Notes: generated by a model from the sequence alone, not told the origin. Positions 16,779-26,538 are shown, counted from the first letter of the stretch. The stretch is DNA of 32,000 bases from Actinokineospora alba (GCF_004362515.1 NZ_SNXU01000001.1:3757633-3789632); one strand, 5' to 3'. Made by a program: numbers and translations.

Positions 16779-17534
16779 TCATCGAGGGCAGGACGACCCG
16801 GATCCGATAGGCCGATCGGGGTCGAAGAGCGCGTCCGGAAGGCCCCCTGCACCCGTCACGGCGTCGACGCCGCCACTCTGGTGGCCGCACTCGGCGGGGT
16901 AACCCTGGGTCTCGTTGAGCCAGACGCCCCGGTCGGCCTCGGGCCTGCCCTCGCCCACGACGGTGAGGTCCATGTCCAGCCGGGCGACCTGGACCCGCGG
17001 GCCATCGTCTGTGTGCAGCGGGTAGACGACCACGAACCGGGTCTTGACCAGCAGCTTTCCCGTGCCACCCGACTCGGCCCACATCCGGCCGCGCACCTTC
17101 GGCGGCACCGGCAGCAGGGTCGTGTCGGGCCCGAGCCGCACGACGAACCGGTCGACCCGCTGGGGGTCGGCCAGGACCGCGCGCAGGCTCTCCTGGTCAC
17201 CCTCGGCGAACAGCCGCAGGTAGGGCTCGTAGTCCACGCCCATGATCACCGCGGGTTCCAGCATCGCCGCGGCCACCACGTCGCGGGCGCGGGCGTAGGC
17301 GTCGGCGATCGCCTCGGTCGAGTGGGTGCCGATCGCCTCGAACGGGGGGACCACGATCCCGGCGTCGCCGTCGGCCCAGTCCTGGGCCGGAGTCCCGACG
17401 AAGGGCCGCGCGGGGTCGGCGGCCACGGTCTCGCGCCGGGCGCCGTCGCCGAACCAGCCCGCCAGGTTCGTCAGGATGAACATGAAGACCATGGCGCCGG
17501 CGAGCACCACCGCGCCGACCGGAACCCTCCGCAT
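16779..17534 (-). CDS. Membrane-anchored protein, paralog 2 of 15658..16692
   Basis: N-terminal TM or signal anchor MRRVPVGAVVLAGAMVFMFILTNLAGW. It has the same conserved blocks as paralog 1 (DGDAGIVVPP, LLPVPPKVRGRMWAESGGTGKLLVKT, two C-terminal Cys). Confidence 0.6.
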   Translation of the reverse strand: MRRVPVGAVVLAGAMVFMFILTNLAGWFGDGARRETVAADPARPFVGTPAQDWADGDAGIVVPPFEAIGTHSTEAIADAYARARDVVAAAMLEPAVIMGVDYEPYLRLFAEGDQESLRAVLADPQRVDRFVVRLGPDTTLLPVPPKVRGRMWAESGGTGKLLVKTRFVVVYPLHTDDGPRVQVARLDMDLTVVGEGRPEADRGVWLNETQGYPAECGHQSGGVDAVTGAGGLPDALFDPDRPIGSGSSCPR

Positions 17535-17671
17535 GGCGCGGACGCTAGAACGGCCGAAAGGCGCGCCGATGACCTCGGGATGCCGTCGAGATGACGTGCG
17601 GATGTAAGTACGGCTGATCGGCGCAACGCCCGCTTCGACCGGCCGTTTCCGACCTTCGTAGACTCTTGAAC

Positions 17672-20302
17672 GTGACTCAGACCCCAGCCATGCAGACCAC
17701 CGACCTCCCGCAGGCCTGGGAGCCTGCCGCGGTAGAGGCGGAGCTGTACCAGGGCTGGGTAGACGCCGGTTACTTCACCGCCGACAGCTCGAGTGAGAAG
17801 CCGCCGTTCACCATCGTGCTGCCCCCGCCGAACGTCACCGGCAGCCTGCACATGGGCCACGCCCTCAACCACACCGTCATGGACGCGCTGACCCGCCGCA
17901 AGCGGATGCAGGGCTTCGAGGTGCTGTGGCTGCCGGGCATGGACCACGCGGGCATCGCGACGCAGAACGTCGTCGAGCGCCAACTCGCGGGCGAGGGCCT
18001 GTCCCGGCACGACCTGGGCCGCGAGAAGTTCGTCGAGCGCGTGTGGGAGTGGAAGGCCGAGTACGGCGGCAAGATCCTCGACCAGATGCGCCGCCTCGGC
18101 GACGGCATCGACTGGTCTCGCGAGCGGTTCACCATGGACGAGGGCCTGTCCCGCGCCGTGCAGACGATCTTCAAGCAGCTGTTCGAGGACGGCCTGATCT
18201 ACCGCGCTGAGCGCATCATCAACTGGTGCCCGCGCTGCCGCACCGCGCTCTCGGACATCGAGGTCGACCACTCCGACGACGACGGCGAACTCATCTCGAT
18301 CCGTTATGGCGACGGCGACAACGCAATCGTTGTCGCGACCACCCGCGCGGAGACGATGCTCGGCGACACGGCTGTGGCCGTGCACCCCGAGGACGAGCGG
18401 TACAAGCACCTCATCGGCACCTACGTCGTGCTGCCGCTGACCGGCCGCGAGATCCCCATCGTCGGCGACGAGCACGTCGACCCGGAGTTCGGCACCGGCG
18501 CGGTCAAGGTCACGCCCGCGCACGACCCCAACGACTTCGAGATCGGGCAGCGGCACAGCCTGCCGTCCATCACGATCATGGACGAGGCCGCGGTCATCAC
18601 CGCGCACGGCCCGTTCCTGGGCCTCGACCGCTTCGAGGCGCGTCCCGCCGTCGTCGCCGCGCTGCGCGCCGAGGGCCGGATCGTCGCGGAGAAGCGGCCG
18701 TACCTGCACTCCGTCGGCCACTGCTCGCGCTGCGACACGGTGGTCGAGCCGCGGCTGTCGATGCAGTGGTGGGTCAACGTGCAGCCGCTGGCCCAGGCCG
18801 CGGGCGACGCCGTGCGCGACGGCCGCACCGAGGTGCACCCGCCGGAGCTGGCCAAGCGCTACTTCGACTGGGTCGACAACATGCACGACTGGACGATCTC
18901 GCGCCAGCTGTGGTGGGGCCACCGCATCCCGGTTTGGTACGGCCCCAACGACAAGGTCGTCTGCGTCGGCCCCGACGAGGAGCCGCCCACCGGCGACGAC
19001 TGGACGCAGGACCCCGACGTCCTCGACACGTGGTTCTCCTCTGCCCTGTGGCCGATCTCCACGCTCGGCTGGCCGACGAAGACCTCGGACCTGGCCAAGT
19101 TCTATCCGACCAGCGTCCTGTCGACCGGCTACGACATCCTGTTCTTCTGGGTCGCCCGGATGATGATGTTCGGCCTGTACGCGATGGACGGCGTGCAGCC
19201 GTTCGACCACATCTACCTGCACGGACTGATCCGGGACGCGCAGGGCAAGAAGATGTCCAAGTCGCGCGGAAACGTCATCGACCCGCTCGACTGGCTCGAC
19301 CGCTTCGGCGCCGACGCCACCCGCTTCACCCTGGCCCGCGGCGCGAACCCCGGCAGCGACATGGCGCTCGCCGAGGAGTGGGCGGGCGGTTCCCGCAACT
19401 TCTGCACGAAGCTGTGGAACGCCAGCCGCTTCGCCCTGATGAACGGCGCCACCACCGCGGTCGACGTGCCGGACCGAGCCGAGCTGACCGACGCCGACCG
19501 CTGGATCCTCGACCAGGCCGACGCCCTGGTGTCCGAAGTGGACACCCTGTTCGACGACTTCCAGTTCGCCAAGCTGTGCGACGCCCTCTACCACTTCACC
19601 TGGGACCTGTACTGCGACTGGTACCTGGAGCTGGCGAAGGTCCAGATCGCCGAGGGCGGCGCCCGCGCGAACGCGACCAGGGCGGTCCTCGGGCACGTGC
19701 TGGACAAGGTGCTGCGGCTGCTGCACCCGGTCATCCCGTTCGTCACCGAGGTCCTGTGGAAGTCGTTGACGGGCAAGGAATCCATCGTCATCACCGACTG
19801 GCCCACCACGTCCGGCGCCACCCCGGACCCGGATGCCACGCGCCGGGTCGAGGGCGTGCAGAAGCTGATCACCGAGATTCGTCGCTTCCGCGCGGACCAG
19901 GGATTGAAGCCGGGCCAGAAGGTCCCCGCGCGTCTGTCCGGTGTGGACGGTGCGGGCCTGTCGGCCCACGCGTCCGCCGTGACGGCGTTGGCCCGCTTGG
20001 ATGCCCCCGGTGAGGCGTTCGAACCGAGCGCGTCCCTGGAGGTCCCGCTGGCGGGCGGCACGGTGACGGTGGAACTGGACCTGTCCGGCACGGTCGACCT
20101 GGTGGCGGAACGCAAGCGCCTCACCAAGGACCTGACGGCGGCGGAGAAGGAACTCGCCCAGTGCGAGGCCAAACTCGGCAACCCCAAGTTCACCGACAAG
20201 GCGCCGGCGGATGTGGTGGCGAAGATCCAGGGCCGTCGGGACGTCGCGGCCGCGGAGATCGAGCGCATCACGGCCCGGATCGCCGCCCTGCCGGCAAGCT
20301 GA
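17672..20302 (+). CDS. valS: Valine--tRNA ligase
   Basis: Class I signatures are present: [15 protein letters not shown] (HIGH) and KMSKSRGN (KMSKS), plus a C-terminal coiled coil. The start is uncertain: TTG 17666 (track), GTG 17672 (7 nt after the -10-like TAGACT at 17659-17664, possibly leaderless), or ATG 17690. Confidence 0.95.
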   Translation: MTQTPAMQTTDLPQAWEPAAVEAELYQGWVDAGYFTADSSSEKPPFTIVLPPPNVTGSLHMGHALNHTVMDALTRRKRMQGFEVLWLPGMDHAGIATQNVVERQLAGEGLSRHDLGREKFVERVWEWKAEYGGKILDQMRRLGDGIDWSRERFTMDEGLSRAVQTIFKQLFEDGLIYRAERIINWCPRCRTALSDIEVDHSDDDGELISIRYGDGDNAIVVATTRAETMLGDTAVAVHPEDERYKHLIGTYVVLPLTGREIPIVGDEHVDPEFGTGAVKVTPAHDPNDFEIGQRHSLPSITIMDEAAVITAHGPFLGLDRFEARPAVVAALRAEGRIVAEKRPYLHSVGHCSRCDTVVEPRLSMQWWVNVQPLAQAAGDAVRDGRTEVHPPELAKRYFDWVDNMHDWTISRQLWWGHRIPVWYGPNDKVVCVGPDEEPPTGDDWTQDPDVLDTWFSSALWPISTLGWPTKTSDLAKFYPTSVLSTGYDILFFWVARMMMFGLYAMDGVQPFDHIYLHGLIRDAQGKKMSKSRGNVIDPLDWLDRFGADATRFTLARGANPGSDMALAEEWAGGSRNFCTKLWNASRFALMNGATTAVDVPDRAELTDADRWILDQADALVSEVDTLFDDFQFAKLCDALYHFTWDLYCDWYLELAKVQIAEGGARANATRAVLGHVLDKVLRLLHPVIPFVTEVLWKSLTGKESIVITDWPTTSGATPDPDATRRVEGVQKLITEIRRFRADQGLKPGQKVPARLSGVDGAGLSAHASAVTALARLDAPGEAFEPSASLEVPLAGGTVTVELDLSGTVDLVAERKRLTKDLTAAEKELAQCEAKLGNPKFTDKAPADVVAKIQGRRDVAAAEIERITARIAALPAS

Positions 20303-20398
20303 GATAGGGACACCCAACTACACGAAACCGCCCCCGCGGTCGCCGTCGAGATCGGTACTGTCGATCGCACCGGACGTCGATCTTGTGGGGAGCGGACC

Positions 20399-20920
20399 TT
20401 GACCGAGCCAGTCTTCGGCGTCGACGCGGCAACCACCAACGCGGGCCTCGACCAGTGGGCCGCCGACATCCAAGCCAAGGCCGAACGCTATTCGGCCATG
20501 GAGCGCGAGGTCACCGCGGTCACCGCCACCGAGTCGTCCAGCGACGGCTCGATCCGGGTCACCGTCGACTCCGCGGGCGCGATCAAGGATCTCCAGTTCA
20601 CCGAGGACCTCAAGCGCCTGCCCGCCACCCGGATGGCCGAGCTGGTGCTCACCACCATGCGCAAAGCCCAGGCCCGCATCTCCGACCAGGTCGCCGAGAT
20701 CGTCCAGACCCGCGTCGGCGACGACCCGGAGACCACCGAGGCGGTCGTCGGCGCCTACCGTGCGCGGTTCCCCGATCCGGAGCCCGAGCAGGACGAGGCC
20801 GACGGGACCATGCGACTGGGCCAAGTCGACGAAGATGACCAACCCGGGGAACGGCCCCGCCCGCCGCGGCGTCCCAGGCCCGAGGACGACGACGATTTCG
20901 GTGGCTCGATCTTCCACTGA
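20399..20920 (+). CDS. YbaB/EbfC-family protein with acidic/Pro-rich C-terminal tail
   Basis: The core SSDGSIRVTVDSAGAIKDLQFTEDLKRLPATRMAELVLTTMRKAQARI matches the YbaB/EbfC pattern (G.V.V.V...G....L.i). TTG start lies 6 nt after GGGGAG. It is the first gene of the toxin operon. Confidence 0.7.
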   Translation: MTEPVFGVDAATTNAGLDQWAADIQAKAERYSAMEREVTAVTATESSSDGSIRVTVDSAGAIKDLQFTEDLKRLPATRMAELVLTTMRKAQARISDQVAEIVQTRVGDDPETTEAVVGAYRARFPDPEPEQDEADGTMRLGQVDEDDQPGERPRPPRRPRPEDDDDFGGSIFH

Positions 20921-20934
20921 TTCCTGGGGGTGTC

Positions 20935-21243
20935 ATGCCGGACGACAAGTACGACGTCGTCATCGACGAGCTGCGCGCGCACGCGGCCCGACTCGATGGC
21001 TTGTCCGCGCGGCTCAACACGGCCGCCAACGCGGGCAATGAGGTGACCATGGGCACCGAGGCGTACGGGAAGATCTGCGCGTTCTTCGTGCCCATCGTCC
21101 AGTCCGTCTCCATGCCGGGGCTGGACGCGCTGGCGAGCACGGCGGGCCGGATGGCCGAGACGGCGCAAGGCGTGAAGGCCACGGCCACCGCCTACGAGGA
21201 GACCGAGCAGGGCAACACCAGCGCGCTCGGTGGTCCCCGATGA
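20935..21243 (+). CDS. EspC/DUF2580-like small helical protein (type VII secretion-associated family)
   Basis: 102 aa. VVIDELRAHAARLDGLSARL......AYGKICAFFVP......L.....GRMAETAQGVKATATAYEETEQ follows the pattern of ESX secretion-associated EspC-like proteins. The stop overlaps the ATG of the RHS gene (ATGA at 21240-21243). Confidence 0.65.
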   Translation: MPDDKYDVVIDELRAHAARLDGLSARLNTAANAGNEVTMGTEAYGKICAFFVPIVQSVSMPGLDALASTAGRMAETAQGVKATATAYEETEQGNTSALGGPR

Positions 21244-24200
21244 CGAATCCCCTGATCGCGCAACGACAGGACTCGACCACCGCCATCAGCGGCATCGGCA
21301 TCGCCGAGTCCGCCGTCGACCTGCACAACGGCATCGAGTCGAAGTCGTGGGTGGAAGCAGGCATCGGCGGTGTCGGCACCGGCCTGGAGATGCTGTCGCT
21401 GGCTCTCGACCCGGTCGGCACCCTGCTCAGCTACGCCGTGTCATGGCTGATGGAGCACGTCAAACCGCTGTCGGACGCCCTCGACTGGCTCTGCGGCGAC
21501 GCCGACCAGATCGCCGCCTACGCCCAGACGTGGGCGAATGTGGCCAAGGAGACCGGAAAGGTCGCCGAGGACTTCGGCAACGAGGTCAAGAACGGCACCG
21601 CGGGCTGGGCAGGCGAGGCCGCCGACGCCTACCGCGCCTCCGCCGCCCTGCAGAACGAACAGGTCTCCGCGGCCGCGACCTGCGCGGACTCCATCGGCTC
21701 CACAGTCCAGGTCGTCGGCGTCCTGGTCGGCGCGGTCCGCGAGATCGTCCGCGACCTCGTCGCCGAGTGCGTCGCCACCCTGATCGCCCGCATCCCGCAG
21801 TGGATAGCCGAAATCGGCGGCACCCTCGGCATCGCCACCCCCCACGTCGTCGCGTCGGCCACCGCGCTGATCGCCAAGTGGGTCAACCGGATCAAGGACT
21901 TCATCAAGGCCCTCACCAAGTCCCTGGACTCCCTTTCGGGCCTGCTGAAGAAACTCGACGAGATCTGGGCGGGCATCAAGAAGTCCCTCCCCGGCACCCG
22001 CAGCCCTGACGTCACCCCCACCCGAGCATCGGACGGGGTTACCTCCCCGAACGCCTCGACCACGACGCCATCCGGCTCGACCTCGCCCAGCAGCGCCAGT
22101 CCCGACGGCTCTTCGACCAGCCCGTCCAGCACCACAACCCCAAGCGGCACAACGTCACCGGACACGTCGACCACCTCGCCGAGCAGCACCTCGCCGAGCG
22201 GCACGACCTCCCCGAACGGTTCATCGAGCACCAGCCCCAACGGCTCGCGCAGCCAGGTGGGCGACGACCCCAAGGCCAGCGCCCGGCCCGAGCCGAACCG
22301 GAAGACCTGCGGCGACCCGATCGACGTCGCGTCCGGCGAGATGCTGCTCACCCAGGACGATGTCCGCCTGGGCGGCGCTCTTCCGCTGGTGCTGTCGCGA
22401 ACGCACCTGTCGACCTACCGGATCGGCACCCGGTTCGGCGCGTCCTGGGCGTCGACTCTTGATCAGCGTCTTGAGGTCGACGACGAGGGCGTCTGTTTCG
22501 TCACCGAAGACGGCATGGTGCTGGTCTACCCGCATCCAGGCGACTCGCCGGTGTTGCCTGCCGAGGGGCCCCGGTGGCCGTTGCTGCGCTCCGCGGACGG
22601 CGGATACTCGGTCACCGACCCGGAGTCCGGCCACACCAGGATGTTCGCCGCGGCGACCGGCCCCATCCGGCCGATCATTTCGATCAATGACCGCAACGGA
22701 CACCGCGTCGACTTCGATCGCGGTGCGGATGGCGTGGCCACCGCGGTGCGTCACTCCGGTGGCTACCGAGTCGACGTGCGCAGCGAAGCCGGGCTGGTCA
22801 CGGCACTGGTGCTGGCCGGGGCCGACGAGATCACCCTGATCCGGTACGGCTACGACGCGGCGCGCAGGCTCACCGAGGTCATCAACTCCTCTGGAGCCGC
22901 ACTTCGGTTCGACTACGACTCCGCGGGCCGCATCACGCGGTGGCAGGACCGAAACGAGATGTGGTATCGCTACGGCTACGACGAGCGCGGCCGGTGCGTG
23001 CTCAACGAGGGCGCGGACGGTTACCTCTCCGGCGCTTTCGAGTACCGCGAACGGCTGACCGTGTACACGGATTCCCTCGGCCACCGCACGGAATTCCACC
23101 TGAACGACGCCTACCAGGTAGTCCGCGAGGTGGACCCGCTCGGTGGCGTGACACTGTCCGATTGGGACCGGCACGACCGGCTGCTGGCACGGACCGACCC
23201 GCTCGGTCGAGTGACGCGCTACCGCTACGACGACGACGGCAACCTCGTCGGCATCGTCCGCCCCGACGGTACGGAGTCTTCCGCGACCTACAACGCGCTG
23301 GGGTTGCCGCTGACGGTGACCGAGGTCGACGGCGCCGTGTGGCGACGCACCTACGACGACTGCGGCAACCTGCTCTCCATCACCGACCCGATGGGCGCGG
23401 TGACGACGTTCGATCTCGACGCTCATGGCAATGTCACCGCGATCACCGACCCCCTCGGCGCCGTGCGTCGGGTGGAGTCCGACCAAGCGGGTCTTCCCGT
23501 CGTGGTCACCGATCCGCTCGGTGCGAGTACCCGATACAGCCGTGACCGGTTCGGGCGCATCGCCGCCATGACAGACCCGCTCGGTGGCAGCACCCGACTG
23601 GGCTGGACGATCGAGGGCAAGCTCATCTCCCGCACCCAGGCGGACGGCGCGGTCGAGCGCTGGCGGTACGACGGCGAGGGCAATCTTGTCGAGCACATCG
23701 ATCCCGCCGGGAACACCACGAGGACGGCGTACACGGGGTTCGATCAGCCCGCTTGGCAGGTCGGCGCCGACGGAGCGCGCTTGGAGTTTGGCTACGACAC
23801 GAACCTGAGGCTCACGTCGGTCACCAACCCGCAGGGTCTCGTCTGGCGCTACACCTATGACGCTGTCGGCAATCTTGCCGAGGAAACCGACTTCAACGGC
23901 AGGCGGCTGACGTACTCCTACGATGCCGCGGGCCAGCTGGTGGGCCGCGCGAACGGCTTGGGCGAGCTCGTCTCCTTCGACCGTGACGTGCTCGGACGCT
24001 TGCGCGCCAAGCATTCCGGGCCCGCGACGACGTCCTACGAACACGACGCGCTCGGGCGGATGACCAGGACGACAAGTCCGGACGCCGATGTCCACTTCGA
24101 GCGGGATGTCCTGGGCCGGGTCCTCGCGGAGACCACCAATGGTCGAACTGTTCGGTCGGTGTACGACCCGCGGGGCAACCGAATCCGCCGCGAGACCCCC

Positions 24201-25757
24201 AGCGGCGCGGTCAGCGAATGGGAGTACGACGCGGCCGGCAACGCCGTGGCACTGTTCACCGGCGGCAGGCGGATGTCGTTCGGCTACGATGCGGCAGGTC
24301 GGGAGGTCCACCGCACGCTCGACTCCGGTACGGCGCTCGCCCAGGATTGGGATGCCAACCACCGCCTGCGGTCGCAGACACTCACCGCACGTGGCATGAA
24401 CGTCCAGCGACGGGACTACCAGTACCGGCTGGACGGGTGCCTGACCGCGGTCGACGACCGGATCGCGGGCGCACGCCGCTACGACCTGGACCCGGCGGGT
24501 CGTGTCACCGCGGTGCACGGCGCCGGGTGGACCGAGCGCTACGCCTACGACGCCGCGGGCAATCTCACCCAGGCGGCGTGGCCCGGCGAGCATCCCGCTG
24601 AGGGAACACGGGAGTACACGGGAACCAGGGTCCGCCGGTCGGGCACCGTCCACTTCGAACACGATGTGCAGGGGCGGGTCCTGCTTCGGCGGCAGCGTGC
24701 TCTTTCCGGCCAGATCCGGGCGTGGACCTACACCTGGGACGCTGAAGACCGCTTGGTCGCCGTCACCACCCCGGACGGCGCCCGGTGGCGCTATCGCTAC
24801 GACGGTCTGGGAAGGCGCACCGCCAAGCAGCGACTGGCCTCGACCGGCACCGAGGTGGTCGAGCAGGTCGACTTCGCCTGGGACGGTCTCGTCCTCGCCG
24901 AGCAGACCACGTCCGGAGCGGTTCTCGACGGACCCGACCCGGCGGAACGCACCACCACGTGGGAGTTCGAGCCGGGCACGTTCCGGCCGGTCGCGCAGCG
25001 GGAACGGGTTCGCACCTCACCGCAGACGTGGATCGACGCGCAGTTCTACGCCCTGATAACCGACCTGATCGGCACGCCGACGGAGATGGTCGACTCGGAC
25101 GGCGCACTGGCGTGGCGTTCGCAGACCACGCTGTGGGGTGCCGCCTTGGCTGGGCTGGGTGGGGGTCCGTACTGCCCGCTGCGGTTTCCCGGTCAATACC
25201 ACGACGTGGAAACCGGGCTCAACTACAACGTCCACCGCTACTACGACCCGGCCACCGGGCACTACGGTTCCGCCGACCCGCTTGGCCTGCTGGCGGGACC
25301 GAACCCGTTCGCCTACGTCGGCAACCCGACGCTTCGGTCGGACCCGTTGGGCCTCACGGATTGCGCGCGGGCCAAGAAGCTGGCGAACAAGACCAGCGAG
25401 CGCGCGCGGAACGGCAGCGTCCGGGAGGCGCCGAACTATCATGGGCGGCTTTCGCGGGAACGCGAACTCGAGATCCTGTCCAACCCGGACGGCGTCTACC
25501 ACTCGACGGGTTCGGGCGGCCGGTTCATCTACCGCCAGGGCGACGACATCGTGATCACCGAAGGTCCTGGAAGCAAGGCGGGCCAGTTGGTGACCAGTTA
25601 CGGGCCATCCGGTCCGCGCGGTGACAGCGGTGCGGCGATCTTCGGCGGGTCCTCGGCTGATCCTGGGATGCCTATCACCCACGACATGATCGTCAACGGG
25701 ACGATCCCGACACCGGATGGCGGGACCGTTCCGCCCGCCATCCAGATCCTTCCCTAA
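21240..25757 (+). CDS. Polymorphic toxin: N-terminal WXG100-like (T7SS-type) domain, S/T/P linker, DUF6531-like domain, RHS/YD-repeat shell, and variable C-terminal domain
   Basis: 1505 aa. Residues 1-250 are helical, with LDWLCGDADQIAAYAQTWANVA and the W-x-G motif GWAGEAADAY (nt 21606-21614). CGDPIDVASGEML marks the RHS N-terminal plug. More than 20 YD repeats are present (e.g. RYGYDAARRLT, YRYDDDGNLV, YSYDAAGQLV). The core end reads YYDPATGHYGSADPLGLLAGPNPFAYVGNPTLRSDPLGL. Confidence 0.92.
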   Translation: MTNPLIAQRQDSTTAISGIGIAESAVDLHNGIESKSWVEAGIGGVGTGLEMLSLALDPVGTLLSYAVSWLMEHVKPLSDALDWLCGDADQIAAYAQTWANVAKETGKVAEDFGNEVKNGTAGWAGEAADAYRASAALQNEQVSAAATCADSIGSTVQVVGVLVGAVREIVRDLVAECVATLIARIPQWIAEIGGTLGIATPHVVASATALIAKWVNRIKDFIKALTKSLDSLSGLLKKLDEIWAGIKKSLPGTRSPDVTPTRASDGVTSPNASTTTPSGSTSPSSASPDGSSTSPSSTTTPSGTTSPDTSTTSPSSTSPSGTTSPNGSSSTSPNGSRSQVGDDPKASARPEPNRKTCGDPIDVASGEMLLTQDDVRLGGALPLVLSRTHLSTYRIGTRFGASWASTLDQRLEVDDEGVCFVTEDGMVLVYPHPGDSPVLPAEGPRWPLLRSADGGYSVTDPESGHTRMFAAATGPIRPIISINDRNGHRVDFDRGADGVATAVRHSGGYRVDVRSEAGLVTALVLAGADEITLIRYGYDAARRLTEVINSSGAALRFDYDSAGRITRWQDRNEMWYRYGYDERGRCVLNEGADGYLSGAFEYRERLTVYTDSLGHRTEFHLNDAYQVVREVDPLGGVTLSDWDRHDRLLARTDPLGRVTRYRYDDDGNLVGIVRPDGTESSATYNALGLPLTVTEVDGAVWRRTYDDCGNLLSITDPMGAVTTFDLDAHGNVTAITDPLGAVRRVESDQAGLPVVVTDPLGASTRYSRDRFGRIAAMTDPLGGSTRLGWTIEGKLISRTQADGAVERWRYDGEGNLVEHIDPAGNTTRTAYTGFDQPAWQVGADGARLEFGYDTNLRLTSVTNPQGLVWRYTYDAVGNLAEETDFNGRRLTYSYDAAGQLVGRANGLGELVSFDRDVLGRLRAKHSGPATTSYEHDALGRMTRTTSPDADVHFERDVLGRVLAETTNGRTVRSVYDPRGNRIRRETPSGAVSEWEYDAAGNAVALFTGGRRMSFGYDAAGREVHRTLDSGTALAQDWDANHRLRSQTLTARGMNVQRRDYQYRLDGCLTAVDDRIAGARRYDLDPAGRVTAVHGAGWTERYAYDAAGNLTQAAWPGEHPAEGTREYTGTRVRRSGTVHFEHDVQGRVLLRRQRALSGQIRAWTYTWDAEDRLVAVTTPDGARWRYRYDGLGRRTAKQRLASTGTEVVEQVDFAWDGLVLAEQTTSGAVLDGPDPAERTTTWEFEPGTFRPVAQRERVRTSPQTWIDAQFYALITDLIGTPTEMVDSDGALAWRSQTTLWGAALAGLGGGPYCPLRFPGQYHDVETGLNYNVHRYYDPATGHYGSADPLGLLAGPNPFAYVGNPTLRSDPLGLTDCARAKKLANKTSERARNGSVREAPNYHGRLSRERELEILSNPDGVYHSTGSGGRFIYRQGDDIVITEGPGSKAGQLVTSYGPSGPRGDSGAAIFGGSSADPGMPITHDMIVNGTIPTPDGGTVPPAIQILP
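21990..22274 (+). repeat. Low-complexity Ser/Thr/Pro-rich linker coding region inside the RHS gene
   Basis: Residues ~251-345 read TSPNASTTTPSGSTSPSSASPDGSSTSPSSTTTPSGTTSPDTSTTSPSSTSPSGTTSPNGSSSTSPNGS, with reiterated (S/T)(S/T)SP units. Confidence 0.85.
25356..25754 (+). other. 133-aa C-terminal domain after the RHS DPLGL boundary (presumed toxin module, family not recognised)
   Basis: It begins right after DPLGL (25341-25355): TDCARAKKLANKTSERARNGSVREAPNYHGRLSRERELEILSNPDGVYHSTGSGGRFIYRQGDDIVITEGPGSKAGQLVTSYGPSGPRGDSGAAIFGGSSADPGMPITHDMIVNGTIPTPDGGTVPPAIQILP. It has no HNH, HExxH, deaminase or obvious nuclease signature that I can recognise. Confidence 0.6.
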
Positions 25758-25770
25758 TAGGGTGGAGCCT

Positions 25771-26508
25771 GTGTCGGAATCCATCGGTCGGTTCGAAGTA
25801 CGCCCAGGTCGCGGCCTCGCGGTCACACCACGTCTGATCATCGGAAGCCGGTCGCTGATGGTGAGCCCGTGCCAGGACGGAGCGGCCCACGAGCGGCACG
25901 TGCTGGCCACTGTGGGCAGCGGCAACTGGTACCAGTCCGAGCATGACGAGCTGCGGTTCTCGCCGTCGGAGCGGGTGCTGGAGAGTGTCTGGCTGCACAT
26001 CCCCGAGGTCAACGCCGATCTCGCGGAGCCGCTGGCGCGGTGGCGGGCCCTACCGTCGACGCCGGGCACTCTCGGGTTGGTCGGATCGGACCCGTTCGAC
26101 CAGGTTCCAGCGACGACGCGCATGTTCGGTGCCGACGGGACACTCGTGTGCGCCTATGGGGCCATCGCGTCCGGGGCGGAGACTCGGCTTGAGGTCGCCG
26201 AAGGCTGCTCGGTGGTGGTCGGCGATGGTGACCTGGTTGGTTGGTTCATCGAGGATGCCGAGCGGTTCGTGGTGCGGTCGTGGGAGTTTCCGGGATCGGC
26301 GGTCGAGGACCGTGAGTTCCAAACACGCATGGCGGAGTTCTTCGACCTCGTCGCGGAACCGAACCTCGAGGCCCTGGAAGACGGCGAACCGGACGTGATC
26401 GAGCGCCTCTCCGTGTTGCGCGACGGGATCGATCTCGGCGGTGGGGTTCAGGCCAGGCGGGCCGCGCTGCGGGAAACGGTCGCCGAGTTGGTCGACTTCT
26501 TCGGATGA
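25771..26508 (+). CDS. Hypothetical protein, positional candidate for cognate immunity protein of the RHS toxin
   Basis: ORF 25717..26508. Start chosen at GTG 25771 just after GGTGGAG (25761-25767), 13 nt past the toxin stop. It encodes an acidic 245-aa cytoplasmic-looking protein with no recognisable motifs. Confidence 0.6.
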   Translation: MSESIGRFEVRPGRGLAVTPRLIIGSRSLMVSPCQDGAAHERHVLATVGSGNWYQSEHDELRFSPSERVLESVWLHIPEVNADLAEPLARWRALPSTPGTLGLVGSDPFDQVPATTRMFGADGTLVCAYGAIASGAETRLEVAEGCSVVVGDGDLVGWFIEDAERFVVRSWEFPGSAVEDREFQTRMAEFFDLVAEPNLEALEDGEPDVIERLSVLRDGIDLGGGVQARRAALRETVAELVDFFG

Positions 26509-26538
26509 CCACAAGGTCATCGATTCGAGAGGCAGGGG

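Noticed and set aside
17471-20317. There are very long ORFs antisense to, or out of frame with, real genes. Examples: 17471..20317(-) opposite valS, 22221..24662(-) opposite the RHS gene, 2351..3664(-) opposite clpX, 443..1363(-), 5778..7373(+), 7747..9102(+), 12369..14057(+), 12559..13965(-), 14207..15292(-), 15736..16671(+), 26050..27159(-), 26712..28259(+), 28037..29161(+) and 29616..30734(+).
   Set aside because: These are typical high-GC artefacts. Stop codons are rare in all frames, and the translations are Arg/Gly/Pro/Ala/Asp-rich with no motifs. Each lies opposite a gene with clear family signatures.
25356-25754. An ADP-ribosyltransferase (R-S-E) reading of the toxin tip: YHGR ... HSTGS ... 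ITEG.
   Set aside because: The spacing between the putative R, S-T-S and E elements (~20 aa each) and the total length (133 aa) are too short for known ART folds. The STS and ExE motifs are also imperfect.
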